From assembly GCF_021869535.1 (NCBI RefSeq), contig NW_026262690.1, forward strand, positions 65,410,001 through 65,474,000: a stretch of 64,000 nt of DNA, given 5' to 3'. Within the stretch, counting starts at the first letter, position 1, and every line of letters starts with the position of its first letter. The translations under genes were made by a program, and so were the position numbers. The notes below the pieces were generated by a model. The model made no database searches, was not told the origin of the DNA, and saw only the letters and a list, made by a program, of their open reading frames with translations. Shown piece after piece: positions 11,054-24,470 of the stretch. Origin of the DNA: Mytilus californianus. Lineage: Eukaryota.

Positions 11054-13193
11054 TAGATTGTCCTGGTTTTGTGACCAGAGTTATATAAAAATAAGATGTG
11101 GCATGAGAAAATTATCCATCAGAGACCAAATGACCTAGAAGTAAGCGACTATAGGTCACTAGCTTTCTTTTATATGAATAATAGGTTATGTGGGGTATCC
11201 ATTTATAAGACAGCAACCTAACAACACAAAAACTTAACGACAGTGAAAGGTCAACATAGGGTCTACAATAGTCCATTTGGAACTGATTTTTCCTTCATTT
11301 TTTTTATATTAGTCTGGGCCATGGTACTTTTTTCTATGAAACCCTGATACAACCCTTGTCAGTTGCTTAACATAATGGTTGGAAGGTTTCCTAAAAAAAA
11401 AAATCACAATGTTTTTGAAAGTAATACCCATGCTGCATGGTCTCCATTTGACTGTGAAGGATGGGTTTCTTTTGGATTTTTTGAAAAATTAAAAATTGAC
11501 TAATTAGGATTAGAATTTTCATATATCTGCTCTAAATTTCAACAAGGGATTTTCATAAAAGACTTTCATTTCATCATTCAAGACAAGAGTGTTTCAAATA
11601 GTTTGGAGAGAAAGATGAGAATGTAATTTCCTACAGAGTTAAACCAATGTGGCTTCACTCTTCTTGTATGCCACCTGATCAAAACAAAATAAGAAACCTT
11701 TAAATAGGTTCTCAGAAAACACTTTTTATTGAGTTTGGAAAGATTTAATGTAGATGTACAAAAAATCTGAAAACTGACCAATCAAAATCAAGACACGCCT
11801 TTGGCTTCCATATGTTTCAACAATTGTTATTTTATTACTACAACTTCCATACTTTATTCCAGTTGAATTAAATAAATTTATAAATCCGTTTAAGGATAGC
11901 AATATCATATTCCTAATAGGATTAACACTTCTTTTTTCTTTCAATAAGTTATAATATATATATAGCTTTTTATGACCTAAATACATTTCTCTAATTCTTA
12001 CCCGATTTATCCTTTTCCCAACCTCTTGATTATTTTTATTTCAGTTCTTCATTGGTCAAAATTCGATTATGACATCAAATTTTTTTGCTTTCTTCTGAAT
12101 TTCCTATTGTGACGTCATGTAAAAAGGCGACCATGCCTCAGATGACGTCACATAGAAAGAACACATCTTTTTGCAGATGATTTGAAAAGAAGAATTAAGA
12201 TTGTCTGTATATCGTCTAAAAATCATTAGAGAAACAGATTCCACCACAAAATCTTGTGCAATACGCAATTTATCCACTCTCGACAGTTAAATTTTAATAT
12301 CTAAAATTTAACTGTCTCGAGTTGATAACTATCATATCACACTTGATGCAGTGGTATAATCTATATTTATCAAATTTCTAAAGGTAAAACCAAGTTAAGA
12401 TGTTTTGAAAGTCACAGTTCATAAATGTTCTTCATTATAGAAAATAATAGAAACAATATAGGCTTTCAATCCCAAGTTCATTGTTAATGTCTGTGACCTA
12501 CATAAAATGGATATACTTTCTAATAAAAGAAAATTTCCTAAAAAAGTATTGAAATGAATATGCTTGGAGACAGACACATTAGCCTATATATTATATAGCA
12601 GTTTTTATTGGGTAAATTTAGAGAAGATCTTGCTGGATGTTCTTTTCCATTCATAAACCATGCACATATGGTATGATCATTAAATGATTACTCTCATGAG
12701 GTCATTTAACAGATTTAATATTCAAATATTATTAATAATATAGGTCCACATCTTAAATGAGAACTGGATTAGTACAAAAATGTCATACATTGTGTATCAA
12801 ATTAAAATTAATCACCAATTAACCCACATGGAGGTCAGTACAAGTAGTACTTGCACTTTTTGTTCCTAAATCTAATTATATGAATTACTAAATGTAATTA
12901 TTGACAAATATCTGTGAATCTGCATACCAGGATTAGTCACCCTTTCAATGTGATATTTTCTTGTAATGTTATCATTGAAAATAAATGAATTTAGTACATA
13001 AGCTAGACAGTAGGTGTTTTGTGACAATTAAATGTCCATTGAAGGACATGTCCATTTTAGGTACAAGAAAGCAGTGACAAAACTTCTTCAGACTGCAGGT
13101 CATTTTTTTTCAAACAGAATATATTGCAAGTTCAAAAGTAATGAGAACCACATAATAAGCTTAAAATCAATGTGAATAAGTATAAGTTAGATA

Positions 13194-13391
13194 CTGTTCA
13201 TTGCAGTGGATTTTGTTGTACAAATTTTCATGGTTTTAACAAAAATTGTATTCTCATCGATAACTGATTTCCTAACTTTGAGTATTTGTACAAAAAACAA
13301 TAGGAAATTTGTACTTTGTTGAAGACTTAGATTAGTGGTTTACCAGTAAGCCATGAAAATTTGTATCCAACCAATAATACTGAATTCACAG
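13194..13391. mobile_element. Degenerate TA-flanked MITE (related to the ctgtggattcatt family)
   Basis: TA|ctgt...acag|TA ends, internal similarity to the copies at 51008 and 60314. Confidence 0.6.
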
Positions 13392-13816
13392 TATATCTAT
13401 GTATGCATCAGATTAAAGTTTTAATTGATGATATCCAACATTCTATGTAGTCTAAGTATCTGTTTTTTTTTGGTTGAGAAATATTTGCTGTATATCAAAG
13501 AAATTTCATTTGGTATTTTTGACATTACTTACAAGCTAACCAACTTATACTCTTATTTTAAAATGGTAAGATACCATATACACTTATGGCCTAGAATGCT
13601 AAATCATTTCATCACCTTATACATGCATTGTACCATGAATATAGGTAATGAACTAATATCTAGATTCTTAAAATTAAAATTAATTCATCTGATTATCATA
13701 TGATTATTGTGTGTTGCTGTCTTGTTTAAAACTATACCAAATTCCTGAATTTGATACCAATATATGAAAAGAGTATCATTATGAGCATCATATTTTGCTA
13801 AATATTAATAATTTAC

Positions 13817-13933
13817 CTTCTGTGTTTCACTAGGTATGCAAGCATTTGTCTTGGATAACCTTGCCAGAGCACTGTGCGTGAGACCACCGACCACTGACAT
13901 TAGTGTGTTAAAATTTTGTAGAATTCGAAGTTT
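13817..13933 (-). CDS. RASGRP: RASGRP CDC25 exon ([39 protein letters not shown])
   Basis: 117 nt, phase 0/0, tttcag/gtaaat. [14 protein letters not shown].HS...RL..T is the RasGEF catalytic motif. Confidence 0.97.
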
Positions 13934-16736
13934 CTGAAAAATAATGTAGCATTAAGTAGGTTCCTTTTTAAATTCTAATATATCTTCTTCACTAATTCTG
14001 CAAAAGAAGGTTCAAGGACAACAGTGCTAAAAATTAGTCAGAAAGTCAATAAATTTTCAATAGCAGCAAGAAATTAAATCAATTGTTACTTTTATTGTAA
14101 AATCTATTGAACATTCATGAAGATTCAGTCATCAACCAAAAAGCAAGCATTAGAGATTGACCTGACATTGTTTGGAGATAATCCTCAAATGAACATTTTT
14201 TTCAAACAGATTCATTGCATCTGAATACCAACAGATGTTACAAATTTAACAAAAACGTTTCAAGATATATCATATAAAAGCTGCCAATCATAGTTTAAAA
14301 TCATTCTTAATCCGATTATCTGTACGCTGAAGCCATTATTTGGTAGATTGTATAGATATGTTAAAAACTTCCAATTTGAATTAGTTCAATATCAAGCAGA
14401 CAGTAACATCATTTAATACCTTTGCTGTGAATTCTTGATGAATTTTCAGCTCTTAAATATTTTATTGAAATATGTATGATAAAATCTCTATTCTAAATTC
14501 TCACATTAATTTTCAATCATAACAAATGGATCTCTCAGTAAGCCAGTGATGTTATTAAACTGGCTTTTATTGCCATGATAAATGTTAGAAGGAGCTTAAA
14601 GTTTTATTTTTGTCATAAATGATAACACTATATCTTAATGTTTTTTTTTTGCAAAATTCAAGATTTTCTATAAAAATATTATAGGTAGTACTTATATCAT
14701 TTCTATCTATCTATTGAACATAAGCTGGTTCATTTGTGGTATATGGACCAAGGAAATGGTTCAGTGATTATATCTTAAAATGTCCTCATGAATATAACAG
14801 AGAAGATTTTGAAAAAGCATTAAATTTTGTTTCAGTAAATTAGCTTAAAAATCTTTTTTTTTCAAAAATATTTCGAGATATTAAAAATAACATTCTACTA
14901 TCTGTGTAACCCAGAGAAGTGCAATTATATTTTAAATGTTATGGAGTGTTTTGTGCAAACCATAAATAGGATTCAAAGACTGTAATTTGTATTCTAAGGT
15001 AATGCAGTTTGAGCACAAATGACACATTATATCCTTCTATTTTACTGAAAATTCAGTTTTTGAAGTACTACAGTTGAAACATCCAGGTTTTGAAAAGTCA
15101 GTTTGAACAAAAAGGAAGGCCTTGGTGGTCTTAAAAACTAACTTTTTGTTTGAACATTAAACAGTTACTTAAAACAAAAGATCTCTCTCCTTTGGTTCAT
15201 TACTTTTTGAGAGATTATTGACTGTCCCTATGACTTCCTTATGACCCAAGAGCCATGGATTATTTGTTAAATAGCTTTTAAATATGACAGAACTTCATCT
15301 TTTTTCAAACTTTCCTTGTTGGATAATAATGAAGACAAAAGAACAATTAATTTCAACTGGCTGATTACCGGTATCTTGATTAGATCTAACAATAAGAAAA
15401 AAACCAATTGTATATGTATAATCAACTAAAAATCTATATCACATAAAATACCAAAGGTCATTTCGTATGCCAGTTTGATGCGAACTTTATTAAAGTCCAA
15501 TATTTAGCATTGTGATTTTCACAGTAGCCCATTAACTATGGTCATTGAATCATCAACTTTTGTAAAGGTCAAAGTGATTATATTTGCTTCTGTAAGCAGT
15601 AAAGTTGTCAGTTTAATAGTTGTAACAGACATGCATCTAACATTTGACATTCAGAAGAATCAATATCATTGGTCTTATATAACTTGTGTTTTCAGCATTA
15701 GGTGAAAATAAGAATTATCGCCTCCTCCCAGAGGAAAACATTAAAATTATCACCCTCTTTCATGTATAATACAAAAATAATGACCCTCCCACACTTTTAA
15801 ATATACTAATTAACACCTAGGTTCAATTCTCTTTTTTATTGTCATTATGAAGTACAGGTAATGTAAGAACAATATATATTATTATTTTTCTAAAAATGGT
15901 TGTCCAAGTGCAACTAAATTTGTGAAGAGAAAACTGGGACAAAAGGAGTTCCCAGATAAAATTATTTTATTTTTCCGTTTTCTTCTATTATTTTTTTTTT
16001 ATCTTAATACTGATTTCCTGTACTTACTGAATGAAAAAATACAGGAAAAGAGATATTATTTGAATAAATATATGAAAAAAATACTTTATGCACCAAATCC
16101 TGCCATATGATACAAACTGAGATGAGATATAGAAAGCAATTAAATTATAAGAAGAAAGCTGTGTATCAGAATTGATTTTTGATCGACAAGAGATGTCCCT
16201 GTTTTTATTGATTGACCCAGTGACACACAACATTTCATACTGTCAAATCTTATGTAGGATTAATCTTAATTCAAAAGCTGATTTTGAATTAATACTAATA
16301 CATTTTGTATTTTAATTTTAGTTTCTTTTAATTAAAAGCATCTGGAAAAACAAGGATGCTGAGAAAAAAATCCCCATACAATGATATATAATAAAGGAGA
16401 CAAAGATCTACGTGATGTATGATTGATAGAAAATTCATCATGTCAAATTATAGGATTCTGAAGTGACTGCTGACTGGTTGGTGACACTGACCTACATATT
16501 AGACACAGTTAACTACCAGCATTTTCATCTTCACAGACAATGGCCAACTGATAGGTGACATAATAAACATTCATACTGGATTATGATAAAAATCTTTCAT
16601 GCAACTGATTGAGAGACTGAAGGTGCATCCTATAGATTATATTTAGAAATAATTCTTTCTTTTAAGTATGAGGAAGTTAAAATGTAGAGGGGCATTCAGT
16701 TCACAATTTTTCAAATTGAGAAATAAATGTAGTTAA

Positions 16737-17849
16737 AGGGATAGTAGCTACGATTTTGACAAAATTACCAAGTTTTAAAGCTGCTAAAATCAAAGATATG
16801 TACTTTAAATTAACAATAAGATCGGTGGAATGTTTATATAAAGTACAGAAATGTTAATAATTGATAATTAATATCGTGTAGCGTGCCTTTTCATCTAATT
16901 AATTATGCATCGGGTTTACTTCCCGAACTTTGCCGACACAGCGAGTGAGATGACCAAGATATAAATAAATATGAACATGTGCTTTTGTTTTCTTACGTAT
17001 TTGACAATTTCTTTAGATTAAACGTACATATTTGAAACCATTTATCAAATTATGTAAACAACAAAATATATCAAATGCCTGCATATTATTCGAACCCAAG
17101 GTTCTCCAACAATGGCGATATTATACACTTGTTTTATATTAGTATGACAAAACAATGCTAATAACGTATACACGTGTTTGTGCATTGAATTGGGGCCTTC
17201 ATGCAGGGTACACCAGAAGAAGAATATTAAACTGTAAGAAGTTGATTTTTAATGTCTTCTAAGTTGTCAGATCACTGCTCTTAAATTTATAAAGATATTT
17301 TGGACAATAATGATTTGAACACGTCACGATTTATTTTCATGTGATCTGGATTCGAAAAGTTCAGAAATGTTTTTTACATTTCGCAAACCGTTGTAATGTC
17401 GACTGCTTATATAATGACTTTATCTGCGTGACTGGTGTTTGTAAATGATTCTAATGACTGATCTCATCGCCGTTATTTATTTTTAATTTACAATAACTTG
17501 ACTGCACCTCTTTACTGTGTCTTTTTCTCGCAGAAACTGTAAACACACGTTGCATTTCCGCGATAATATTCCTCTGTTCGACATTTTCCCTTTGAGGGAC
17601 AACTTGCGATTGCGCATTGGGAACTGCGGAGTTAAGGTCAACATAAGTCATATGAATAAGGGTTGGCTTAACATCGAATTTTTGTCTATAGATAAAAATT
17701 AAATTCATGTGTAAAACGTTAAAAAGCTTCTAAATGCTAAATGGAAAGTAAACAGTGATGGTTTTATTCATTCTAAATAAACCTTTTGTACAAAATCCGG
17801 CATATAGATTAGAAAAATAATTTTAATGAAAATCGTAGCTTCTATCCGT
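16737..17849. mobile_element. 1.1-kb non-autonomous TTAA-flanked DNA transposon, Kolobok-like
   Basis: TIR agggatagtagctacgatttt / aaaatcgtagcttctatccgt (2 mismatches), TTAA at 16733-16736 and 17850-17853, 5'-RR terminus. Confidence 0.75.
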
Positions 17850-17871
17850 TTAAATCATTATCTTCTACATA

Positions 17872-18042
17872 CTGTAAATTCTGAAACTTTTGCAAGGTTT
17901 TTATTATTGGGAATAATGCGACTGGGTGAGTATTGCAATAATAAGAACTCACATTCTGGTATCTGAAATAATTAATCTCACATTTTTGTCCACACTTCAA
18001 AATTCGCAATAATAAAAGCTCACAATAATTTCTGAATTTACG
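17872..18042. mobile_element. Degenerate MITE, same family as 10847-11053
   Basis: TA|ctgtaaattctgaaac ... ataatttctgaatttacg. Confidence 0.6.
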
Positions 18043-18225
18043 TTTTTTATTACATTTAATTATAAACAATATACCTTCTCACATCAAACATCTAATATTA
18101 CATTATCATTATTATCATTATTATTATTGTTATTACAATGTATCATTATTAAGGGGTGGTCTGATTTGTCATCTTTTTTCATAACAATGTACCCCTAATA
18201 TAACTTATTTGTCTAAATTACAAAC

Positions 18226-18399
18226 CTTTGCTACATTAACAAACTTGACAATGACATCAGCTCGTTGCTGTGGTGTGGTTTTACTCAGGACCATACACTG
18301 TATCCACTGTGATAAACCATTAAACAAAGCTATGGACCTCTCTAATTTGGCATTGTCTTTCAATGAAGCTGTGATTGCATAGTTTTTGAAATCTGTAAA
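18226..18399 (-). CDS. RASGRP: RASGRP CDC25 exon (FTDFKNYAITASLKDNAKLERSIALFNGLSQWIQCMVLSKTTPQQRADVIVKFVNVAK)
   Basis: Acceptor tttcag, donor AAG|gtttgt, 174 nt, phase 0/0. LERSIALFNG.SQW and TPQQRA.VI.KF..VAK match RASGRP3-type sequence. Confidence 0.97.
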
Positions 18400-19964
18400 C
18401 TGAAATTTAAGAAATATTGTTGATATATTTATTCTTGTGGATAGAGTTAACATTGTATTTCTGTTGATATCTATTTTCCTGAATTTTAACAAAGTGCACA
18501 TGTGCCTTTTTGTATTTAGTTGAACAGTTGAATTATCAGTTAACCTACATGAACAAAATCTAGGAAAATGAAAACTGTCCACTAAGCTGGACTATATCCC
18601 TGCATTGTGGATTGATGTTTAAACATGCTAGTGACTAAAATACAGTGCATCAATGAAGCTGACTTAATATATTTGAACTTTTTTCTAATGTTTTATTTGA
18701 TGCTGTTTAAAGAGACCTTTGAAGTCTAAATGGCGGTGTTACTGGGCACTGAATATTGTTTTTTTAAAGAACTCCATTTTATAATAGCAACTGATATCAG
18801 CAACTTTTATGGAAAATGCAAGAACTGATATGCAATCTGAAAGTCATAGACCAATAACAAAAGTAAAACTACATCATGTCATATCTTAAACTTATTCAGA
18901 GTTTCTAGTACATGAAATACAGGTCAGTCCGACCAAACTTCTGCAATTTAAAATTAAATCTAACTTCTTCATCTTGAAATGTATTGTAGGTCGAGGTGGC
19001 ATAATTTTCATTAGGACCTCACTTCCTCTAAAATATTTCCATTGACAAAATATTTAAAGATTTCATAACAAGTGACAATTGGATATCGCTTGATATTAAC
19101 TTGAGTTTTTTAATTTCAATATAATAATAAACAAACCTGTGGCAAGTTTATTATTACTATTTGAATTAAATAACGAGAGCTGATATCAAGCGATATCCAA
19201 TTCTAACGAGTTGTTAAACCTATTTCTCTTATGGTCAACACTCTCGTTGTGTTAAATAAAAAATTCAGCGAATCGTTGATCTAGTCTTTTGCACATATCA
19301 GTATGAGGTCATGTGTTCTGTTCCGGCGTCAACATTTAACATCAGACATTTTAAAACGTTGTGTATGCTTCAGAATGTAATAAAATAGACAAAAAGAAGA
19401 TTTTCAGGTGAAAAGTGTGAGTGTTTTGTATATTATTGGAGAAATCACATATGTTATGCCGTTGCCATAGAGGAAATGTACATGGTCTTAACCTTTAAAA
19501 GTCATCAATGACCTAATGAATAGCCAATGGAAATGTAGTAATATCGTCTCATAATGCTAGATAAGCCAATCAAATTAATGCAGTTTTCGTATCACACTCC
19601 ATGCAGTGTGATACAAGAAATACTTCTACATGCAAGAAATAGATAACAGGCTACAACGGTAAGAGAAAGTTAGAATAAACCCCTTTTATCCTGTCATTTG
19701 TTTTGTTGAACCCAATGACGATATTACATGTATTCCACAAATAGTATTGACCTGAAGTGAAAAAGTGTCATATACCATAGCTAACCTATATCTTCACATC
19801 AAACAGGAAGTAAAGATCTTTTCTAGTTGTTGTGATAACAGAAACTGACGTAGTTTATTAAAGATTGTATGACATTCAAAGAAACATATTAAAAATATCA
19901 TTAAAGCATTTTCACTACAAAATACTGTTTTCAACTGATTTTTATAGTTTGTTGTAATGTTGTA

Positions 19965-20285
19965 CCGGTTACACCTTCCAAGGTTAGGGGGAGGATTTTG
20001 GGCCAGCAATCATGTTTAACCCCGCCAAATTCTGTATGTGCCTGTCCCAAAGAGAAGCCTGTAATTCAGTGGTTGTTGTTTGTTGCTGTATATCATATTT
20101 GTTTTTCCTTTAATGCGTTGTACATAAATCAGACCATTAGTTTTCTTGTTTGAATTGTTTTACAATTGTCATTTCGAGGCCTTTTATAGCTTTCTTTGCG
20201 CTATAGTTTTTGCTCATAGCTATGTCATTTGGTCTCTGGTGGAGAGATGTCTCATTGGCAATCATACAAGAAATTTCCTATTTTC
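19965..20285 (-). repeat. Dispersed repeat (gatgtggtatgattgccaatgagacaac family), reverse copy
   Basis: Reverse complement matches 42723-42945. Also carries the gtgcctgtcccaa module. Confidence 0.75.
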
Positions 20286-20724
20286 ATATCTAAAGACTTG
20301 TATGTATCATCCTGCATCTATGCCCATTGTCAACGATTGGCACTTTCCAAGCCTATTACAGCTCCATATTCAATCTCCCTTAGATAAGGCAGCAATTAAT
20401 TGCCCCTATCTATCCATTACAAAAAAAAATTCTTGCATTTTGAAACTGATCATGCTATGCTGGAAGAACCATTTTTTCAGGTGTCTAATATAAAATGAGA
20501 AATGTTCATGAAAGCAAGTAACAAAATTCTATGCAGTGCATTATTCTTGATTTTAGGTTCAGAATGGCAAGGTTAAGTTTCTATGATTTACCATAGGGTT
20601 CATGGGACGTTTCTTATGAGACCAAATTACCACAGATCAAATAAAATATAAGGCATGTTAGAGGGTTTAAAAATCATTATTCCTATTACGTTTAGAAAGA
20701 TTTAGTTTTTAAATTTCAGATGAG

Positions 20725-21015
20725 AACCAGATTATATGTCTATAGGACACTATGCCTCACTCACACTATCACATTTTCATGTACAGTGAAAGAAAAAATT
20801 TGGGTCAAAAACCTAATTTGGCATATTTTTAAAAGAAATAATGAACATATGTACAAAGTTTCAAGTTGATGAGACCACAGCATCATGGTACACAACCTTC
20901 AACCAAAACTTTAAATGGGATGGATGAATTGTCAAACAGACAGAAGAAGCAATGCATGTAAACACAGACCCTAAAACATAATGCCACATACTTTTGTAGG
21001 CAGGGCATCAAACAT
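20725..21015 (+). mobile_element. Old degenerate copy of the HINE-like element at 50231-50526
   Basis: Colinear motifs cactatc, gggtcaaaa..ctaatttggcat, aagtttcaagttgat, aaacataatgcc. Confidence 0.6.
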
Positions 21016-21253
21016 TAAAAAAATCAATATTTAAATCTGTCAGCAAAAATGATTATGCCCAATAAGAATGACATGAAAGATTTTATGAAGATCTTGCATG
21101 CATCCTCTCTGATATTTTTTACAAGGATTAGGTAGCCGTTATAGTTCAGAAAAAGAAGGAAAATGTGATTTTGTGTATGATTAAAGGGAATGTGAATGGC
21201 ATCAATGACACAAAATATGCCAATTGTACACAGTATAACAGTGTTTCTATATA

Positions 21254-21461
21254 TTGTGGATTCATTTATTTTCGAGGGTACCGATTTTCGTGGATTGAGT
21301 AAAATTTGCCTTTTACTGGATATTTGATATCACGGTTTTGCCAAATTCTGCATAAAAGCATATAAAAAATTTGTATTAAGTTAAACATTTAAACTCATGG
21401 TTCTACTGTACCCACAAAATGCATAATAGTTGGTATCCCACGAATAATAATGAATCCACAG
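21254..21461. mobile_element. MITE, ctgtggattcatt family
   Basis: TIR (t/c)tgtggattcatt / aatgaatccacag, ~208 bp, same body as 51008-51215. Confidence 0.85.
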
Positions 21462-22949
21462 TGATTGGTCACATTATTATCAATCTTATAAAGTTTATGA
21501 ACCTTCGAGTTCATCAAAGAAGTTTGAAAATTGACCAACCAAAATGAAAAATGCTTTTAAAGTAAAAATTTTATCCTATTAAAACAAATAAGACAGTTTT
21601 AAGGAATTACCAAATTTACATTATAACTGGTCGATTTGGTTCAGAATTTAGCCTTGTGGTTTTAGCAAAAATTTCCTATTAGGTTCAATGAAATATTCAT
21701 ATAAAAGACCTTCCATTTGAAAATTAACCGATCAGAATCAATAATTGCCTCTGTCAGCCATGTTTTAGTTCAATTGGAACAAAATGAAGATTTTAATAAA
21801 AAGCCTTGCAATTTCAAAGGAGTCAACAAAAATGAGAAAAAAAGTAAACAGATGATAGACACCAAGTGATGATAATAGCTCACACAGACATTGGACTAGA
21901 CAAACTGAATACCAGTAAAGAAGAATTTGTTGTTCTTAAAGCATTCAATAGAAATGAACAAACACTTAGCATTTATACTCCTACTCCAGGTAGTGGGGAA
22001 ATATTCATATCAAAGATATTGTTTTTCACCTAAATGGAAATTGGACGATTTAACTATTAAATATGACTGTGACAGCCTACCATCTGTGTTATAGGTCAAT
22101 AATTTTACACTTCAGAACAAAAGACAATATCAAAAGAATGACAATTTCTATGCACACCTTCCTTATTGAGGTAAAGGATTCATTTTGTAAACATATATGC
22201 TTGATTGCCCAATTGTTTGATTATCTGACGAATAATAGGTGACTTACGTCAATTTCAGCAAATTTTGAAGCCATATACACATTAAACTTGAGACAGTGAC
22301 CTTAATACACTTTCATAATCTATAATTTAATCAATGACTCTTTTTATTAGGACAAACAATCACTTTATGCTGTTGACCCAACAAATATTTATTTACACCA
22401 GTGAAGTGTGCCATCGAAAATGATCAAACAGTCAGTATAATCTTCATCACAAAGATATAACAATAGACATTTTTACATAAAATTTAAATGTCAAATGTAA
22501 GATAAATGACGTCAAGTCACATGTGTATTGTTATTTGACATTATAAAAGCAATGGTAATTCCTTTAGTTGAGATCATCAGAGTTTTCCAATACCAGAAAC
22601 TGTTGTACAACATGCATCACTAGAATGATACCAAATCCCTAAATATTATATACATCAAAGAGGTAGTAATAAAGCATTGATCATTATTCATAATTTTCAT
22701 CATTTACTATATTTCTTGTATGAATATAGTATAAATAATTGATGTAATACAGATAAACTAACTGAAACAAGAGTAAATAATGACAGTAAGAGTTCAATGA
22801 AACCATCTTAAATTAGTATACTTGGTTTTGCTTTGTCACCTTTTTTTATTTAAACATATAAATCTAACTTTACTTTTATTGTATGGTAATAGTGTTATAT
22901 TTGTTAATAAATGATAGATGGACTTGTACTGTTAACAAGGGTCTTGTAG

Positions 22950-23224
22950 CAGGGTTTTCACTAAGGTGAGTCCATGAGTGCTGGACTCATCATTTTCAAA
23001 ACTGGTGAGTATGAAGATGCATCAAGACTAAAATACTGTTTCAACTAAGCATATGATTTATCATCATTTCATCACAAAAGTTTAAAAATAATCTAAATTA
23101 TATGTCATTTCCTTGCTTTATTTCATCATAGAGATTGAAATAATAAAAGTTCATCTTAATGTTGGACTCGCCATGACCAAAAAGTCCCTGGACTCCACTT
23201 CAAAAATCCTAAGTGAGAACCCTA
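22950..23224. mobile_element. hAT-like MITE remnant
   Basis: Imperfect TIR cagggttttcact / agtgagaacccta. No clear 8-bp target-site duplication. Confidence 0.45.
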
Positions 23225-23257
23225 CTGTGGTACATTACAATGAATAAGCAGACTTAC

Positions 23258-23408
23258 ATTTATCCTCCTGAAAGCCTTGTATTCCAGATATGTCAAATGT
23301 TCTGCTAATTCCAACGGTTCTAAATGATTAAACACCAAGGAAACTTTACGGTTATGTCGCATTGCAGAACTTCTTACTGACATATTTCTCATCCAATCAT
23401 AGGAGGGA
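23258..23408 (-). CDS. RASGRP: RASGRP exon: REM-CDC25 junction ([50 protein letters not shown])
   Basis: Acceptor t-run+gcag, donor gtaagt, 151 nt, phase 2/0. PSYDWMR and HLEPxELAEHLT are RASGRP signature motifs. Confidence 0.97.
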
Positions 23409-24338
23409 CTGCAAAAAAAAAAAAAACCAGCATGGATATGAAAACATCAAACTGCATGAAAGACAAAATGAACTTGACATTCTGTTTGACATAATTATTT
23501 TTACCAATCGCTGAAAATTTGTGATTGTCTTACATTTATATCTGGTCTGATTATTTTGTATACTGTTAGGTGTTTAATATGATCTTGTCTAAAGGGTTGT
23601 AGTGGCTCACTTGTCTAGGTAGTTAGTCAACATCTAATTTCCAGATCATTTTAGCCTATCACAAAACTAAGGAATAGGTTAAATCTTGTTTTGGCGACAC
23701 ATATGTGATATAGTAACATAAGCAATGTCTTAGTGCTTTTTATAAACATGATGTTGAATTCTGTAAATTAACCAAATATTTGGGTTCTTTTCTTCCATGT
23801 GTCTTTCATTGGGCTAATTGTCAAAAGTTGTTAATAGTCATTTTAATATATTTCAATACATTAAATGTCTTGAGTGTGTAACTGATGTATTGAAAGTCTT
23901 TGAGATCAAGGTCCCACTGTCAGTATCACAAAAACTTTACATTTGATTATTGAACCATGAAAATGAAGTCAAGATCAAGTGTACCAAGTCAGATGAAAAA
24001 GTCACCATTCTCACTGCCAGATAAGCATCCATGTTTTGCATTCTGAACCATTTGTCTCAGGGACAAAAAAAATCAAAAAGACTGAAAGACTTTATTTTAA
24101 TAAGTTTCCGAAACAAGAAGAAAGGAAGGATACAAGTAATCAGTAATTTCTTAAACCTTTGTGTAAATTTGGCACAGAAAAGTCATTAGCTGGGTACTAA
24201 TTTACAAGTTTTTAGAAGCACAATTTAAGTTTTGGGACTACAGAGCTCTTGTTCTGTCCCCATCCCCTCTCAAATTATGTTTCAAATTCATTAGCATCTA
24301 TCATATATCCAATCCTTTTCAACATTTGTAATACTTAC

Positions 24339-24470
24339 ACTTTTGAAAGATCAATGAGTTCTTTAAAGCTGGTGTTTCCTTCAGACAGTAAAAGAGATCC
24401 TAATCTCTTCACAACAGTTTTTAACCTATTATCAAGGTCAAAATGTACAGGAAAATGACTTATCCAGTAT
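24339..24470 (-). CDS. RASGRP: RASGRP REM exon (YWISHFPVHFDLDNRLKTVVKRLGSLLLSEGNTSFKELIDLSK)
   Basis: Acceptor t-run+atatag, donor gtaagt, 132 nt, phase 2/2. YWISHFPVHFDLD matches family YWILKFPAEFNLD. Confidence 0.95.

Noticed and set aside
11578-11675. Good minus-strand acceptor (ttttgatcag|GTGGCATACAAG) as an extra RASGRP exon
   Set aside because: In-frame stop after 11 codons, no nearby strong donor, and the flanking exons already join with no gap in the CDC25 alignment.
17451-17708. 85-aa ORF inside the Kolobok-like element as a transposase or THAP fragment
   Set aside because: No C2CH or DDE motif recognised.
11090-20285. Inverted repeat copies flanking exons 13817-18399 as a circRNA driver
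   Set aside because: Only about 20 nt of good complementarity between the two decayed copies, too little to argue from sequence alone.
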